Shown: piece after piece, positions 55,549-64,000 of the stretch
How the letters are laid out: every line of letters starts with the position of its first letter
Position numbering within the stretch: the first letter of the stretch is position 1
Assembly (NCBI GenBank): GCA_963728205.1
Contig: CAVSIV010000006.1
Coordinates: 1,472,001-1,536,000 of the forward strand
Origin: an uncultured Chloroflexia bacterium
Lineage (GTDB): Bacteria; Chloroflexota; Dehalococcoidia; UBA2979
DNA length: 64,000 nucleotides
Reading direction: 5' to 3'
Made by a program: the position numbers and the translations under genes
Notes under the pieces: model-generated
What the model saw: only the letters and a program-made list of their open reading frames with translations
Told to the model about the DNA's origin: nothing
The model's database searches: none

Positions 55549-56451
55549 ATGGACTACGAGACGCTGATCGTCGAGAAGGAGCGCGGCCGCGCGCGCATCA
55601 CCCTCAACCGCCCCGAGAAGCTGAACGCGCTCTCGGGGCGCCTGCAGCAGGAGCTCCGCGAGGCGCTGCTCGACGCCGACCAGGACACGCGCGTCCACTG
55701 CGTGATCCTGCGCGGCGCCGGCCGCGCGTTCTGCGCCGGCTACGACCTCACGCCGGAGCGCCGCCGCCCCGGCGAAAGCGATGCCCGCGACGACTACCCC
55801 GAGGTCTACCGCAACAGCACCGCGTTCGATGACGACGTGTGGCGGATGGAGTCGGCGCAGCACGACCGCATGACGATCTTCGACATGCACAAGCCGGTCA
55901 TCGGGCAGGTGCACGGCTACTGCGTCGCCGGCGGCACCGACCTCGTGTTCCTGTGCGACATCGTGGTCGCGGCCGACGACGCGCGCATCGGCTTCCCGCC
56001 GGTGCGCGCGATGGGCGGACCGCCCGCGCACATGTGGACCTACCACGTCGGCCCGCAGTGGGCGAAGTACATGCTGCTGACCGGCGAGTTCGTCTCGGGC
56101 GCCGAGGCCGAGCGCATCGGCCTCGTGTGGAAGGCCGTCCCGGGCGACCAGCTGACGGAGACGGTCGAGGAGCTTGCCGACCGCATGGCGATGATCGACC
56201 CGGACTTCCTCGCCGGGAACAAGCGCGCGGTGAACCTCGCGCTCGAGCTGCAGGGCGCGCGCACGATGCAGCGCCTCGCCGCCGAGCTCGACGCGCGCAT
56301 GCACACGTCGCCGGCGATGGAGGACTGGCGCCGCCGCAATCGCGAGGAGGGCCTGAAGCAGGCGCTCGCCTGGCGGGACGGCCGGTTCGCCAACCTCGAC
56401 CAGCGCCGCGACTGGCAGCGGGAGCAGTGGTCCGAGGGTCCGCGCCAGTAG
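55549..56451 (+). CDS. Enoyl-CoA hydratase/crotonase family protein
   Basis: ITLNRPEKLNA, FCAGYDL, VHGYCVAGG, AERIGLV. Confidence 0.92.
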   Translation: MDYETLIVEKERGRARITLNRPEKLNALSGRLQQELREALLDADQDTRVHCVILRGAGRAFCAGYDLTPERRRPGESDARDDYPEVYRNSTAFDDDVWRMESAQHDRMTIFDMHKPVIGQVHGYCVAGGTDLVFLCDIVVAADDARIGFPPVRAMGGPPAHMWTYHVGPQWAKYMLLTGEFVSGAEAERIGLVWKAVPGDQLTETVEELADRMAMIDPDFLAGNKRAVNLALELQGARTMQRLAAELDARMHTSPAMEDWRRRNREEGLKQALAWRDGRFANLDQRRDWQREQWSEGPRQ

Positions 56452-56470
56452 CGGGCGGCCCCGGTGGCTT

Positions 56471-56531
56471 GCGTCCAGCGGCGGCAGCATGCCGCCGACC
56501 GCATCGGCGGCATGCTGCCGCCGCTGGACGC
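56471..56531. repeat. REPIN-like family B copy
   Basis: Hairpin CAGCGGCGGCAGCATGCCGCCGA..TCGGCGGCATGCTGCCGCCGCTG. Confidence 0.75.
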
Positions 56532-56601
56532 GGGCGTTCGCCCCGGCTCGCGAGCAACGTTAGGATTCGCGAACGCACGTCAGACGGGAACGGGTGAAGC
56601 G

Positions 56602-57402
56602 ATGGGGATCCTCGACCAGTTCGATCTCAGCGGCCAGGCCGCGATCATCACCGGCGCCGGCAGCGGCCTCGGCCAGCAGATGGCGCTCGCGCTCGCGGAA
56701 GCGGGCTGCGACGTCGTCGGCGCCGGGCGCCGCGCGGAGCCGCTCGAAGAGACCGGCGCGATGATCCGCGCGCAGGGCCGGCGCTACCTCGCCTGCCCCG
56801 GCACGGACGTGACCGACTCCTCCGCCGCCAACGACATGGTGGAGAAGGCCATCGCCGCGATGGGCCGCATCACCGTCCTCATCAACAACGCCGGTCTCGG
56901 CGGCTCCGGTCGCGGCAAGACGCTGCCCGAGCTCACCGACGAGGACTGGCACAGCGGCATCGACAGCAACCTCAGCAGCGCCTTCTACTGCGCCCGCGCC
57001 ATCGTCCCGCACATGCTCGAGCACGGCGGCGGCCGCATCATCAACATCACTTCGGGCTGGGGCTTCCGCGGCGGCCGCAACAACTTCATGTACTCGGTCG
57101 CCAAGGGCGGCGTGATCCAGCTGACGAAGGCGCTCGCGATGACCTACGCGCGCGACAACATCCGCGCGACCTGCATCGCCCCCGGCCTCTTTCCGCACAC
57201 CGACAACGAGGACATGCTGAACCAGCTCGGCGAGAAGCAGCCCGGCGGGCGCGTCGGCCGCATGAAGGAGATCGGTCCCCTGGCCGTCTTCCTCGCCGCG
57301 CCGGCGTCCGACTACGTGTCGGGTGAGACGATCCTGATCGACGGCGGCGCGATCGCCGCGGGCGTCACGCCCGCCGGCCTCGAGCCCGTGGCGGAGGGGT
57401 AG
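56602..57402 (+). CDS. SDR-family oxidoreductase (catalytic motifs intact)
   Basis: TGAGSGLG, NNAG, YSVAK. Confidence 0.92.
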   Translation: MGILDQFDLSGQAAIITGAGSGLGQQMALALAEAGCDVVGAGRRAEPLEETGAMIRAQGRRYLACPGTDVTDSSAANDMVEKAIAAMGRITVLINNAGLGGSGRGKTLPELTDEDWHSGIDSNLSSAFYCARAIVPHMLEHGGGRIINITSGWGFRGGRNNFMYSVAKGGVIQLTKALAMTYARDNIRATCIAPGLFPHTDNEDMLNQLGEKQPGGRVGRMKEIGPLAVFLAAPASDYVSGETILIDGGAIAAGVTPAGLEPVAEG

Positions 57403-57408
57403 AGCACC

Positions 57409-58179
57409 GTGGCCTTCTTCGATCTCTCGGGCAAGCACGCCCTCATCACCGGCGCGACCGGGCCGCTGCAGCGCGCGCTGGCGGTCGCGCTGGCCGACGC
57501 CGGCGCCGACGTCTCGCTCACGACCCTCCACGCCGATCAGGCGGAGGAGGTACAGGCGAACTCGATCCTCAACGAGTGCTGGTCGTTCGGCCGCAAGGGC
57601 GAGGTGAAGACCGTCGATCTCACCGACGCGACTGCCGTCGACCGCGCGGTCGGCGAGCTGGAGTCGTCGGTCGGGCCCATCGACATCCTCGTGAACGGCG
57701 TTCACGAGGCGAACATCAAGCCGATCCTGCAGACCAGCGCCGCTGAGTGGGAACGCGAGCTGTCCCGCGACGCGACGAGCGTCTTCGTCGCGACGCAGGC
57801 CGTCGGCAAGCGCATGCTCGAGCGCGGCAAGGGCCGCGTCGTCGCGCTGGTCTCGATCCTCGAGGACCGCGGCGTGCCGAACTGCGCGACCTTCGGCGCC
57901 GCGCAGGGCGCCGTGCTCGGCTTCGTGCGGTCCGCCGGCATCGAGTGGGGGCGCCACGGCGTGACCGTGAACGCGCTCGCGCTCGGGTTCTTCGACGACG
58001 TCGCCGGCCCGCAGCGCGACGAGGAGCTGCACGCGGTGCTCGAGCGCTACATCCCGCTGCGCCGCCTGGGCACCCCGGCGGACCTGCAGGGCGCGCTCCT
58101 CTACCTCGTCTCCGACGAGGCGGCCTTCGTGATGAGCGAGACGATCACCGTCGACGGCGCGATCGCGATCCACGCGTAG
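57409..58179 (+). CDS. SDR-fold protein with degenerate motifs
   Basis: TGATGPLQ; FGAAQ in place of YxxxK. Confidence 0.8.
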   Translation: MAFFDLSGKHALITGATGPLQRALAVALADAGADVSLTTLHADQAEEVQANSILNECWSFGRKGEVKTVDLTDATAVDRAVGELESSVGPIDILVNGVHEANIKPILQTSAAEWERELSRDATSVFVATQAVGKRMLERGKGRVVALVSILEDRGVPNCATFGAAQGAVLGFVRSAGIEWGRHGVTVNALALGFFDDVAGPQRDEELHAVLERYIPLRRLGTPADLQGALLYLVSDEAAFVMSETITVDGAIAIHA

Positions 58180-58181
58180 TG

Positions 58182-58772
58182 GTGAGCGCGGGCGAGCAGC
58201 CGCGCGGACCGGCCGGCCGGCGCGCCCCGGTGGGGCAGCCCGGCCCGACCTGGACCGGCGACGGCTCGCTGCGCCCGCGGCCGCAGCGGCCGGAGCCGCT
58301 CAACCTCACGCCGCACAAGGTCGCCACCGGCCCCGCCGGCCTCGAGATCGCGACCTTCCGCCGCCGCCTCGGCGGATTCCTCATCGACCAGGGCATCCTG
58401 TCGCTGATCGCGATCGGCATGGCGATGGTGATCTTCGCGGGCGTCGACCTGAAGGACCCGGTGCAGTCCGATGCGGCATTGCAGCGGCTCGCGCTCGCGT
58501 ACTACGCGGTGATGACCGTGTACTACTGGTACTTCAACATGCGTGGCCAGACGCCCGGCAAGCGCGCGATGGGACTGCGTCTCGTCGCCGCGGACGGCAG
58601 TCCGCCGGGCATCTGGCGGTCGTTGCTGCGCGCCGCCGCGATCCAGATCAGCTCGTTTTTCTGGCTCGGCTACATCTGGGCGTCGTGGGACCCCCACACG
58701 CAGACCTGGCACGACAAGTGGGCGCGGACGTGGGTCGTGCGTGCGCCGGAGTCGGGCCGTCCGCCGGCCTAG
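58182..58772 (+). CDS. RDD-family membrane protein
   Basis: RRLGGFLID, GQTPGKRAMGLRLV, QTWHDKWARTWVV. Confidence 0.9.
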   Translation: MSAGEQPRGPAGRRAPVGQPGPTWTGDGSLRPRPQRPEPLNLTPHKVATGPAGLEIATFRRRLGGFLIDQGILSLIAIGMAMVIFAGVDLKDPVQSDAALQRLALAYYAVMTVYYWYFNMRGQTPGKRAMGLRLVAADGSPPGIWRSLLRAAAIQISSFFWLGYIWASWDPHTQTWHDKWARTWVVRAPESGRPPA

Positions 58773-58851
58773 ACGGCCGCGCCGTAGCGTCCGCGGCGCC
58801 GCATCCCTCGGCGGAAGAGCGGCCACCGCGCGGACGACGCGCCCGACCTGG

Positions 58852-60864
58852 TTAGCTTGCGCGCCGTGTCCACGACCGCGGGTCGATTCGCGACACGCGG
58901 GGCGCCTCGGCGCCTTCCGACCGCTCCTGAGGCGCGGTCGCCGTGATGGCGAACCGGTACGTGATGTCGTCGGCGCGGACCCAGTACTCGTTCACCCCGT
59001 CACGGCTGGACCAGAGCACGGGCAGGCCGCGCTGTTCGGCGACGCGCGCGAGGTCGTCGAAGCTTTCGACGGTGATCGCGCTTGGCGCGTCGAGGGGCCG
59101 CGGCGGCACCAGCGAGGCCGGGAGGATCAGCCCTCCCTCCCCCTGCGCCGGCGGGGGTGTTGCCACGGGCTGCGGAGCGCGCGGCGGCGCGACCGCGGCC
59201 GAGGGTGGGAGTGCAGTCGGAACGAATGGCGACGGCGACGTCGCTCTGGGCGGTGCCACGGGCAGCGCGCGGTCGGCTGTGGGGGGCGAAAGCGTCGTCG
59301 CCGCGGGAGCCATTCGCGCTCGCCGCGCGCGGCGGCGCGTGGGTTGCGCGCGACGGCGATTGCGTGGCAGCGCCGTCGGCGTCAACGACGAGGCGCCCAC
59401 GGTGGCTTCCGGGACTCCGCGATCGTCATCGTCGAGGGCGACCAGCAGGTGGCCATAGCGCGCGCGGATCTGCGAGACGGGTCCCCGCCGCGACACCGCG
59501 CGCGTGCCGAGCGCCACCGCGAGGAAGCCAAGTGCTGCGACCACGACAGACCCGAGGGCGATGTCGGGCAGCCGCGAGAACGGCAGCTCCACGCCCAGCA
59601 GGGGGATCGGCATCGTTCGCGGCACGATCGCCGGCCGGCCGACGGTGATGTTGGCGTTCGACTCGAGTGCGCTCGCCTTCGTGTCGAACTGCATCTGGTT
59701 TTCGGTGAGGCGGAAGTCGAGCCCCTGATCCGTGTCGCGCGAGAACGGGACGCCGCCGAACGTTCCGTCGGCATGCACCGTCGCCCCGATGTGGATCGTG
59801 TAGTAGAGCGACTTCACGCCTGTCTGGGTTTCCGCGGCCGTGATCGTGTTCAGGATCTCGCCGAGGTCGATGACGCCCTGCGCGCGTGCGGCGTTCCCGG
59901 CGAAGAGCACCGTGCCCTGGACGGGGATCGTTTTGCTCCACCCGTTCGGATGCTGGATCTGCACGTTGAGCTGCGTCGCGCCCGCGACGTCGGCGAGCGC
60001 GGCGCCCGGGGTGATCGGTGCAAGCTGGTAGTCGAAGGTCACCGGGAGACTGCGCACGAGGTCGAGGAAGACCGGCTGTGGCGCCCCGAGCTGGTTCCCG
60101 TCGTAGACGCCACCCGGCACCGTCGAGCCGTAGGTGAAGCGGCCGGCCTCGGAGAACGCCAGCGTGTGCGTCACGGACGTCTGATCGCCGCGGACCGCAT
60201 CGAGACCCGCGAGCGCCCCGCCCACCAGCAGGACCACCACGAGCGAGCCGACGATGGCCTGGCCGGTGGCCCCGTGGATCGTGAGCGTCTCCGCGAGCCG
60301 CCGGCGCGTGCGTCTGCCGCCACCCGTCGAGCGCGGCGCGGCCGGGCCGGCGCCGCCGCTCCGCCGACGCCGGACCGCGCTCCCCGCGACGAGCAGGAGC
60401 GCCAGCCCCCCGAGGAGCGCGACGAGTGCGCGCGGCCGCTGGAGGGCGTGCAGCACGTATCCCGCGTGCGGGATGATCCCCCACTCCTTGCCGATGATGT
60501 CTGATCGCGTGGGGTGGTAGCTGTCCGCGCTCGTGCGGTTGTCGCCCCGGAGCGTGAAGCGCTCGCCGTCGTCGGCGACGATGCGGTGCATCACGATCCC
60601 GAGGTCCGGGTTTCGCGACGCGACGATGTCGCCGACGCCGTAGTCCGATGCGCGCCGGATCAGCACGGCATCGCCGGTGTGCAACAGCGGTGACATCGAG
60701 TTGCCGTTGACGAACGCGTAGTCGAAGGCGCCACCGACCGATTGCGGGGCGAAGGCGATCCAGATGCTGATCGCGAAGACGACGGCAAGCCCGGCGCGAA
60801 ACGCGGAGAACGCCGGCATGCGTCGGCGTCCGCTCCCCAGCGCGGCGGGCCGCGCGGCGCTCAC
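58852..60864 (-). CDS. SipW/ER-type signal peptidase I fused to a membrane-anchored beta-rich domain (DUF5305-like)
   Basis: GNSMSP, GDAV, GDIV, MHRIV, RGDN..D, IPHAGY (Ser/His type); then TM, ~230-aa extracellular domain, TM and cytoplasmic tail (VESFDDLARVAE). Alternative start at 60819. Confidence 0.85.
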   Translation of the reverse strand: MSAARPAALGSGRRRMPAFSAFRAGLAVVFAISIWIAFAPQSVGGAFDYAFVNGNSMSPLLHTGDAVLIRRASDYGVGDIVASRNPDLGIVMHRIVADDGERFTLRGDNRTSADSYHPTRSDIIGKEWGIIPHAGYVLHALQRPRALVALLGGLALLLVAGSAVRRRRSGGAGPAAPRSTGGGRRTRRRLAETLTIHGATGQAIVGSLVVVLLVGGALAGLDAVRGDQTSVTHTLAFSEAGRFTYGSTVPGGVYDGNQLGAPQPVFLDLVRSLPVTFDYQLAPITPGAALADVAGATQLNVQIQHPNGWSKTIPVQGTVLFAGNAARAQGVIDLGEILNTITAAETQTGVKSLYYTIHIGATVHADGTFGGVPFSRDTDQGLDFRLTENQMQFDTKASALESNANITVGRPAIVPRTMPIPLLGVELPFSRLPDIALGSVVVAALGFLAVALGTRAVSRRGPVSQIRARYGHLLVALDDDDRGVPEATVGASSLTPTALPRNRRRAQPTRRRARRARMAPAATTLSPPTADRALPVAPPRATSPSPFVPTALPPSAAVAPPRAPQPVATPPPAQGEGGLILPASLVPPRPLDAPSAITVESFDDLARVAEQRGLPVLWSSRDGVNEYWVRADDITYRFAITATAPQERSEGAEAPRVSRIDPRSWTRRAS

Positions 60865-60895
60865 GTGCCCGCTGAAGGTGCGTGGTCCGTCATCG

Positions 60896-61309
60896 CTACT
60901 CCGAGATGACGATGTCGAACGCGGTGGTGTTGGCCACGGTCAGCTGGCTGCCCACGGTGGTGTCGCAGGAGATGTTGTGCGCGGGCGCGACGCCGCCCGT
61001 GCGCGTGCACGTGTACCAGTGGCCGGGCAGCGTTTCGAAGTTCGCTTTGATGTTGGGCAGCACGGCGACGACGCTGCCGTTGTCGGCGGTTGCGGTGAAC
61101 GTGATCGAGTCGATGTTGCGTGGGTCGGCGGCGTTCAGGTTGTACACGATGCTCGAGATCGTGTAGCCGGACACGGTGTTCGTACCTTCACCTGCGGTGC
61201 TGTCGGGCACCGTGTTCGCGGCGGTGATCACGGTGCCGCCCACCGCGAACGCGGCGAGCACCACTGCCAGGGGCACGAGCCATCGGCGCAATCTGCTGAA
61301 GAGAGCCAC
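60896..61309 (-). CDS. Small secreted beta-rich protein, candidate major pilin
   Basis: AGGAG RBS + GTG; signal peptide then AANTVPDSTAGEG; two Cys; directly upstream of the SipW fusion. Confidence 0.75.
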   Translation of the reverse strand: MALFSRLRRWLVPLAVVLAAFAVGGTVITAANTVPDSTAGEGTNTVSGYTISSIVYNLNAADPRNIDSITFTATADNGSVVAVLPNIKANFETLPGHWYTCTRTGGVAPAHNISCDTTVGSQLTVANTTAFDIVISE

Positions 61310-61388
61310 GGTTGCTCCTGCCGTTCCGGGTCCGTGCCTGCTCCGGGTCCCGCTCGTGTTCGAACGATGTGGACAACGCCCGCGGACA

Positions 61389-61429
61389 CCGGTTCTCAGG
61401 TTCAGTATCCGAACGAACCCGAGAACCGG
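61389..61429. promoter_or_regulatory. 15-bp inverted repeat in the divergent intergenic region
   Basis: CCGGTTCTCAGGTTC-N11-GAACCCGAGAACCGG (one mismatch). Confidence 0.55.
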
Positions 61430-61572
61430 AGATCGGGCGAAACCCTCAACACCATCTGAGCGCCCCCCGAGTTGGCGGAACGTCCTGAGATGTCGTTGCG
61501 GGCTGTCTCCGCGCGGCACGAGGGGCTTCACGGAGAGACGCGCACCCGCGTCGCACCTAACGTCGAATCCGG

Positions 61573-62619
61573 ATGAAGCTGTCGCGCATCGCCCAGGTCG
61601 CCGTAGCGGTGCTGATCATGACGATCGGCGCATCGTTCATCACGGGCGCTGCCGACTCGAACGCGGTTCCTCCGTCCTCGGCCGGGGAGCAGACCCACAC
61701 CCCGGTCGTGGACGACTTCAAGCCGGCGGCGTGCGCGGCGCTCAGCCTCACGTCGCTGGTGACGGGCAGTGGCGTGATCAGCGGTACGGGCGGGAACGAC
61801 CTCATCCTGGGCAGCAACGCCGCCGATACCATCACCAGCAACGCGGGCGACGACTGCGTGCTCGCGGGCGGCGGGAACGACGGCATCTTCGCGGGAACCG
61901 GCGGCGGAGCCGGCGGCGGCAGCGACGTCCTGGACGCCGGGAGCGGCTCGGACACGTGCCACGGCGAAGCCGGGATGCCGACGTACATCAGCTGTGAAAC
62001 CGTCGTGGTTTCGGGGCTCGGGAGCTGGGTCAGCGGGCTCGTGCACGCCACGCCGGCCGGACAGGGCCGTGCGCTCGTCTTCGTCGGCATGGCCGAGAAC
62101 AACCCCGCGCGCACGCTCAGCGGCGTGACCTACGGCGGGCAGCCCCTCACGTGGGTCGCCAGTGCGACGTCAGGATCGACACCGGTGACGGTTGAGGTCT
62201 GGGTCCTCAACGAGGCGGGGATCGCGGCGGCGACCGACTCGACCTTCGTGCCGACGTGGACCGGCGCCGTCGCGAACGAGAACGAGTCGAGCTTCTTCCT
62301 CGGGGACGTCAACCAGTCGTCGCTCGCCGGCGCAACGAGCACCAGCGTTGGCCTGAACGGCTCCCCGCTCACCGCAGGCGCCCTCGCGAACACGGCGGGG
62401 GACATGGTGATCTTCGCCGCCGGAACGGGAAACGCGATCACGATGAGCCCCAACAACGGCTTCATCGAAGGTACTGACACGAACGTGGGAACCACGACCC
62501 TGGAAACCGGCTATCAGGAAGCGACGGGCGTGAACCTGACGCCGAGCACGACCCCAGGCGGCAACGCCGGTCGGTGGACCGTCGTCGGCGCGGTGTTCAA
62601 GTCCGTCACCACCCCGTAG
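61573..62619 (+). CDS. Secreted protein with RTX-like Ca-binding repeats and C-terminal beta domain, candidate minor pilin/adhesin
   Basis: Signal peptide, NAVPPSSAGE, GGNDLILG / AGDDCVLAGGGND / GSGSDTC repeats, Thr/Gly-rich C-terminal domain. Confidence 0.75.
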   Translation: MKLSRIAQVAVAVLIMTIGASFITGAADSNAVPPSSAGEQTHTPVVDDFKPAACAALSLTSLVTGSGVISGTGGNDLILGSNAADTITSNAGDDCVLAGGGNDGIFAGTGGGAGGGSDVLDAGSGSDTCHGEAGMPTYISCETVVVSGLGSWVSGLVHATPAGQGRALVFVGMAENNPARTLSGVTYGGQPLTWVASATSGSTPVTVEVWVLNEAGIAAATDSTFVPTWTGAVANENESSFFLGDVNQSSLAGATSTSVGLNGSPLTAGALANTAGDMVIFAAGTGNAITMSPNNGFIEGTDTNVGTTTLETGYQEATGVNLTPSTTPGGNAGRWTVVGAVFKSVTTP

Positions 62620-62639
62620 GGCGGTCGCGGTGGCCGCCT

Positions 62640-63110
62640 GTGTGCAGCGGAACACGTCGGCGCCGGCGAGCGCCGCCACGCGATCCTCCGCGTAGCCGGC
62701 CAGCACCGTCGGCACCTCGGACGCGTCCGGCCCGAACGTCGGCGCCGCGTGCTCCACGCGTGCCGGCGTGCGCGACAGGCGGAACCGCCGGTCCTCGACG
62801 ACGGCCTCGCCGAGAACCGGGTGCGCGCGCCGCACGAAGTGGCCGCGGTGCGCGAGCTGCGGATCGCGCACGAGCTCGGTGCTGTTCTCCACGGTGTGCG
62901 CGGGAAGTGCAGCGACGCCTCGGCCTGCGCGCAGTCGATGTGCAGGCCCTCGCCGGTGCGGTCGCGGTGGTCGAGCGCGGCCAGCAGCGCCGCGCGCGTG
63001 AACCGCGGCGCGACGTCGTCCGTGTACGCCGCGACCATCGCCGGGTCGCGATCCGGCCAGCCGGCCACGCTGTTGAAGCCGGCGATCGCGGCGCCCGTCG
63101 TGCGCGTGCG
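62640..63110 (-). pseudogene. CaiB/BaiF CoA-transferase III remnant
   Basis: AALDHRDRTGEGLHIDCAQAE and DPQLAHRG..LSRTP..APTFG lie in different frames; N-terminus and middle are missing. Confidence 0.75.
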
Positions 63111-63114
63111 GCGC

Positions 63115-64000
63115 CTATGCAGGCGGAGGCTCGGTTCCACGCCGGCGCCGCGCGGCGATCACGCGCAGCGCCACGTAGCCGCCGACGCCGGCCACGACCG
63201 ACGCGCCGATGATGCCGAGCTTCGCGGCCTCCGCGGCGGCCTCGTCGGTGAACGCGAGCTCGGTGATGAAGAGCGACACGGTGAAGCCGATCCCGGCGAG
63301 CACGCCCAGCCCGGCAAGCGCGCTCCAGGTCACGCCCGGCGGCACGCGCGCCCCCGCGCGTACCGCCACCCACGTCCCCGCGAGGATGCCCGCCGGCTTC
63401 CCGATCGCCAGCGCGAGCAGCACCGCCCACGTCAGCGGCGACCCCGCCGCGGCGGACAGCGCCGACGGGCCGAGCGCGACCCCCGCGTTGGCGAACGCGA
63501 ACAGCGGCACGATGCCGAACGCCACCAGCGCGTGCAGCTCGTGCTCGAGCCGGTCCAGCGGCGCGACGGCCTGCGACGTCATCTTGCGCAGGTGCAGCAG
63601 CGTCTGCTGCTGTGCCTCGTGCCCGGCGCCGCCGCGCGCCGCCTCGCCCGGCTCGCCGGGCGGGCGCAGCCGCTGCAGCAGCGCCCCGGCGCGGTCGGGG
63701 AGCGCCTCCGGCCGGCCCCACCCGCGCCACGGCGTCAGCAACCCGAACGCCACGCCGACGATCGTCGGGTGCACGCCCGACTCGAGCACGCCGAACCACG
63801 CGAGCACGCCGAAGACGACGTAGAGCGGCACGTACCAGATGCCGATCTGCTGAGCGACCCACGCCAGCCCCAACATCAGCAGCGCGATCAGCAGCGGCGC
63901 GACGACGACCTGGTCCGTGTAGAACGCCGCGATCACGCCGATCGCCGCGATGTCGTCGAAGATCGCGATCGCGAGCAGCAGCGCCTTCAGCCCGGCGCCG
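63115..64000 (-). CDS. nhaA: Na+/H+ antiporter NhaA (5' part outside window)
   Basis: LLAIAIFDDIAAI..FYT, SGVHPT, PLFAFANAGV, GKPAG, AGIGFTVSLFI. Confidence 0.93.
   Translation of the reverse strand, partial: GAGLKALLLAIAIFDDIAAIGVIAAFYTDQVVVAPLLIALLMLGLAWVAQQIGIWYVPLYVVFGVLAWFGVLESGVHPTIVGVAFGLLTPWRGWGRPEALPDRAGALLQRLRPPGEPGEAARGGAGHEAQQQTLLHLRKMTSQAVAPLDRLEHELHALVAFGIVPLFAFANAGVALGPSALSAAAGSPLTWAVLLALAIGKPAGILAGTWVAVRAGARVPPGVTWSALAGLGVLAGIGFTVSLFITELAFTDEAAAEAAKLGIIGASVVAGVGGYVALRVIAARRRRGTEPPPA

Noticed and set aside
61431-61480. c-di-GMP-I riboswitch near the candidate pilin genes
   Set aside because: GGGCGAAACC resembles the start of the motif, but the GAAA-capped stem and GGACGCAAA core are missing.

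Overview
High-GC bacterial window, most consistent with a flagellated monoderm Chloroflexota (Dehalococcoidia-like); this placement is inferred from gene content. Layout: (1) 1-9135 end of a flagellar cluster (PilZ brake, fliA, an LPNTG-anchored protein, two rod genes, flgM-flgN-flgK-flgL-fliW-csrA). (2) An OmpR-family two-component system plus a PDZ protein. (3) A minus-strand branched-chain amino acid cluster (plant-type ilvC, ilvB, ilvN, leuA, leuC, leuD, leuB, cimA, ilvE), interrupted by accessory genes and carrying leader-peptide attenuators. (4) Redox genes, including an AhpD-like protein with an in-frame UGA (CFYU). (5) A DrrAB-type ABC exporter preceded by two unannotated paralogous ~50-aa ORFs. 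(6) A Mo-hydroxylase, two ArsR-SRPBCC operons, five SDRs (two look like pseudoenzymes) and a crotonase. (7) A SipW-type signal peptidase fusion next to two secreted proteins that share an N-terminal motif; this is the best candidate for an undescribed pilus/fibre system. (8) A CoA-transferase remnant and a partial nhaA. Several families of palindromic intergenic repeats are present, including a 6x80-bp array whose dispersed copies show stem covariation. No rRNA, tRNA, CRISPR array or transposase was seen. Scattered single-base frameshifts are probably sequencing indels.
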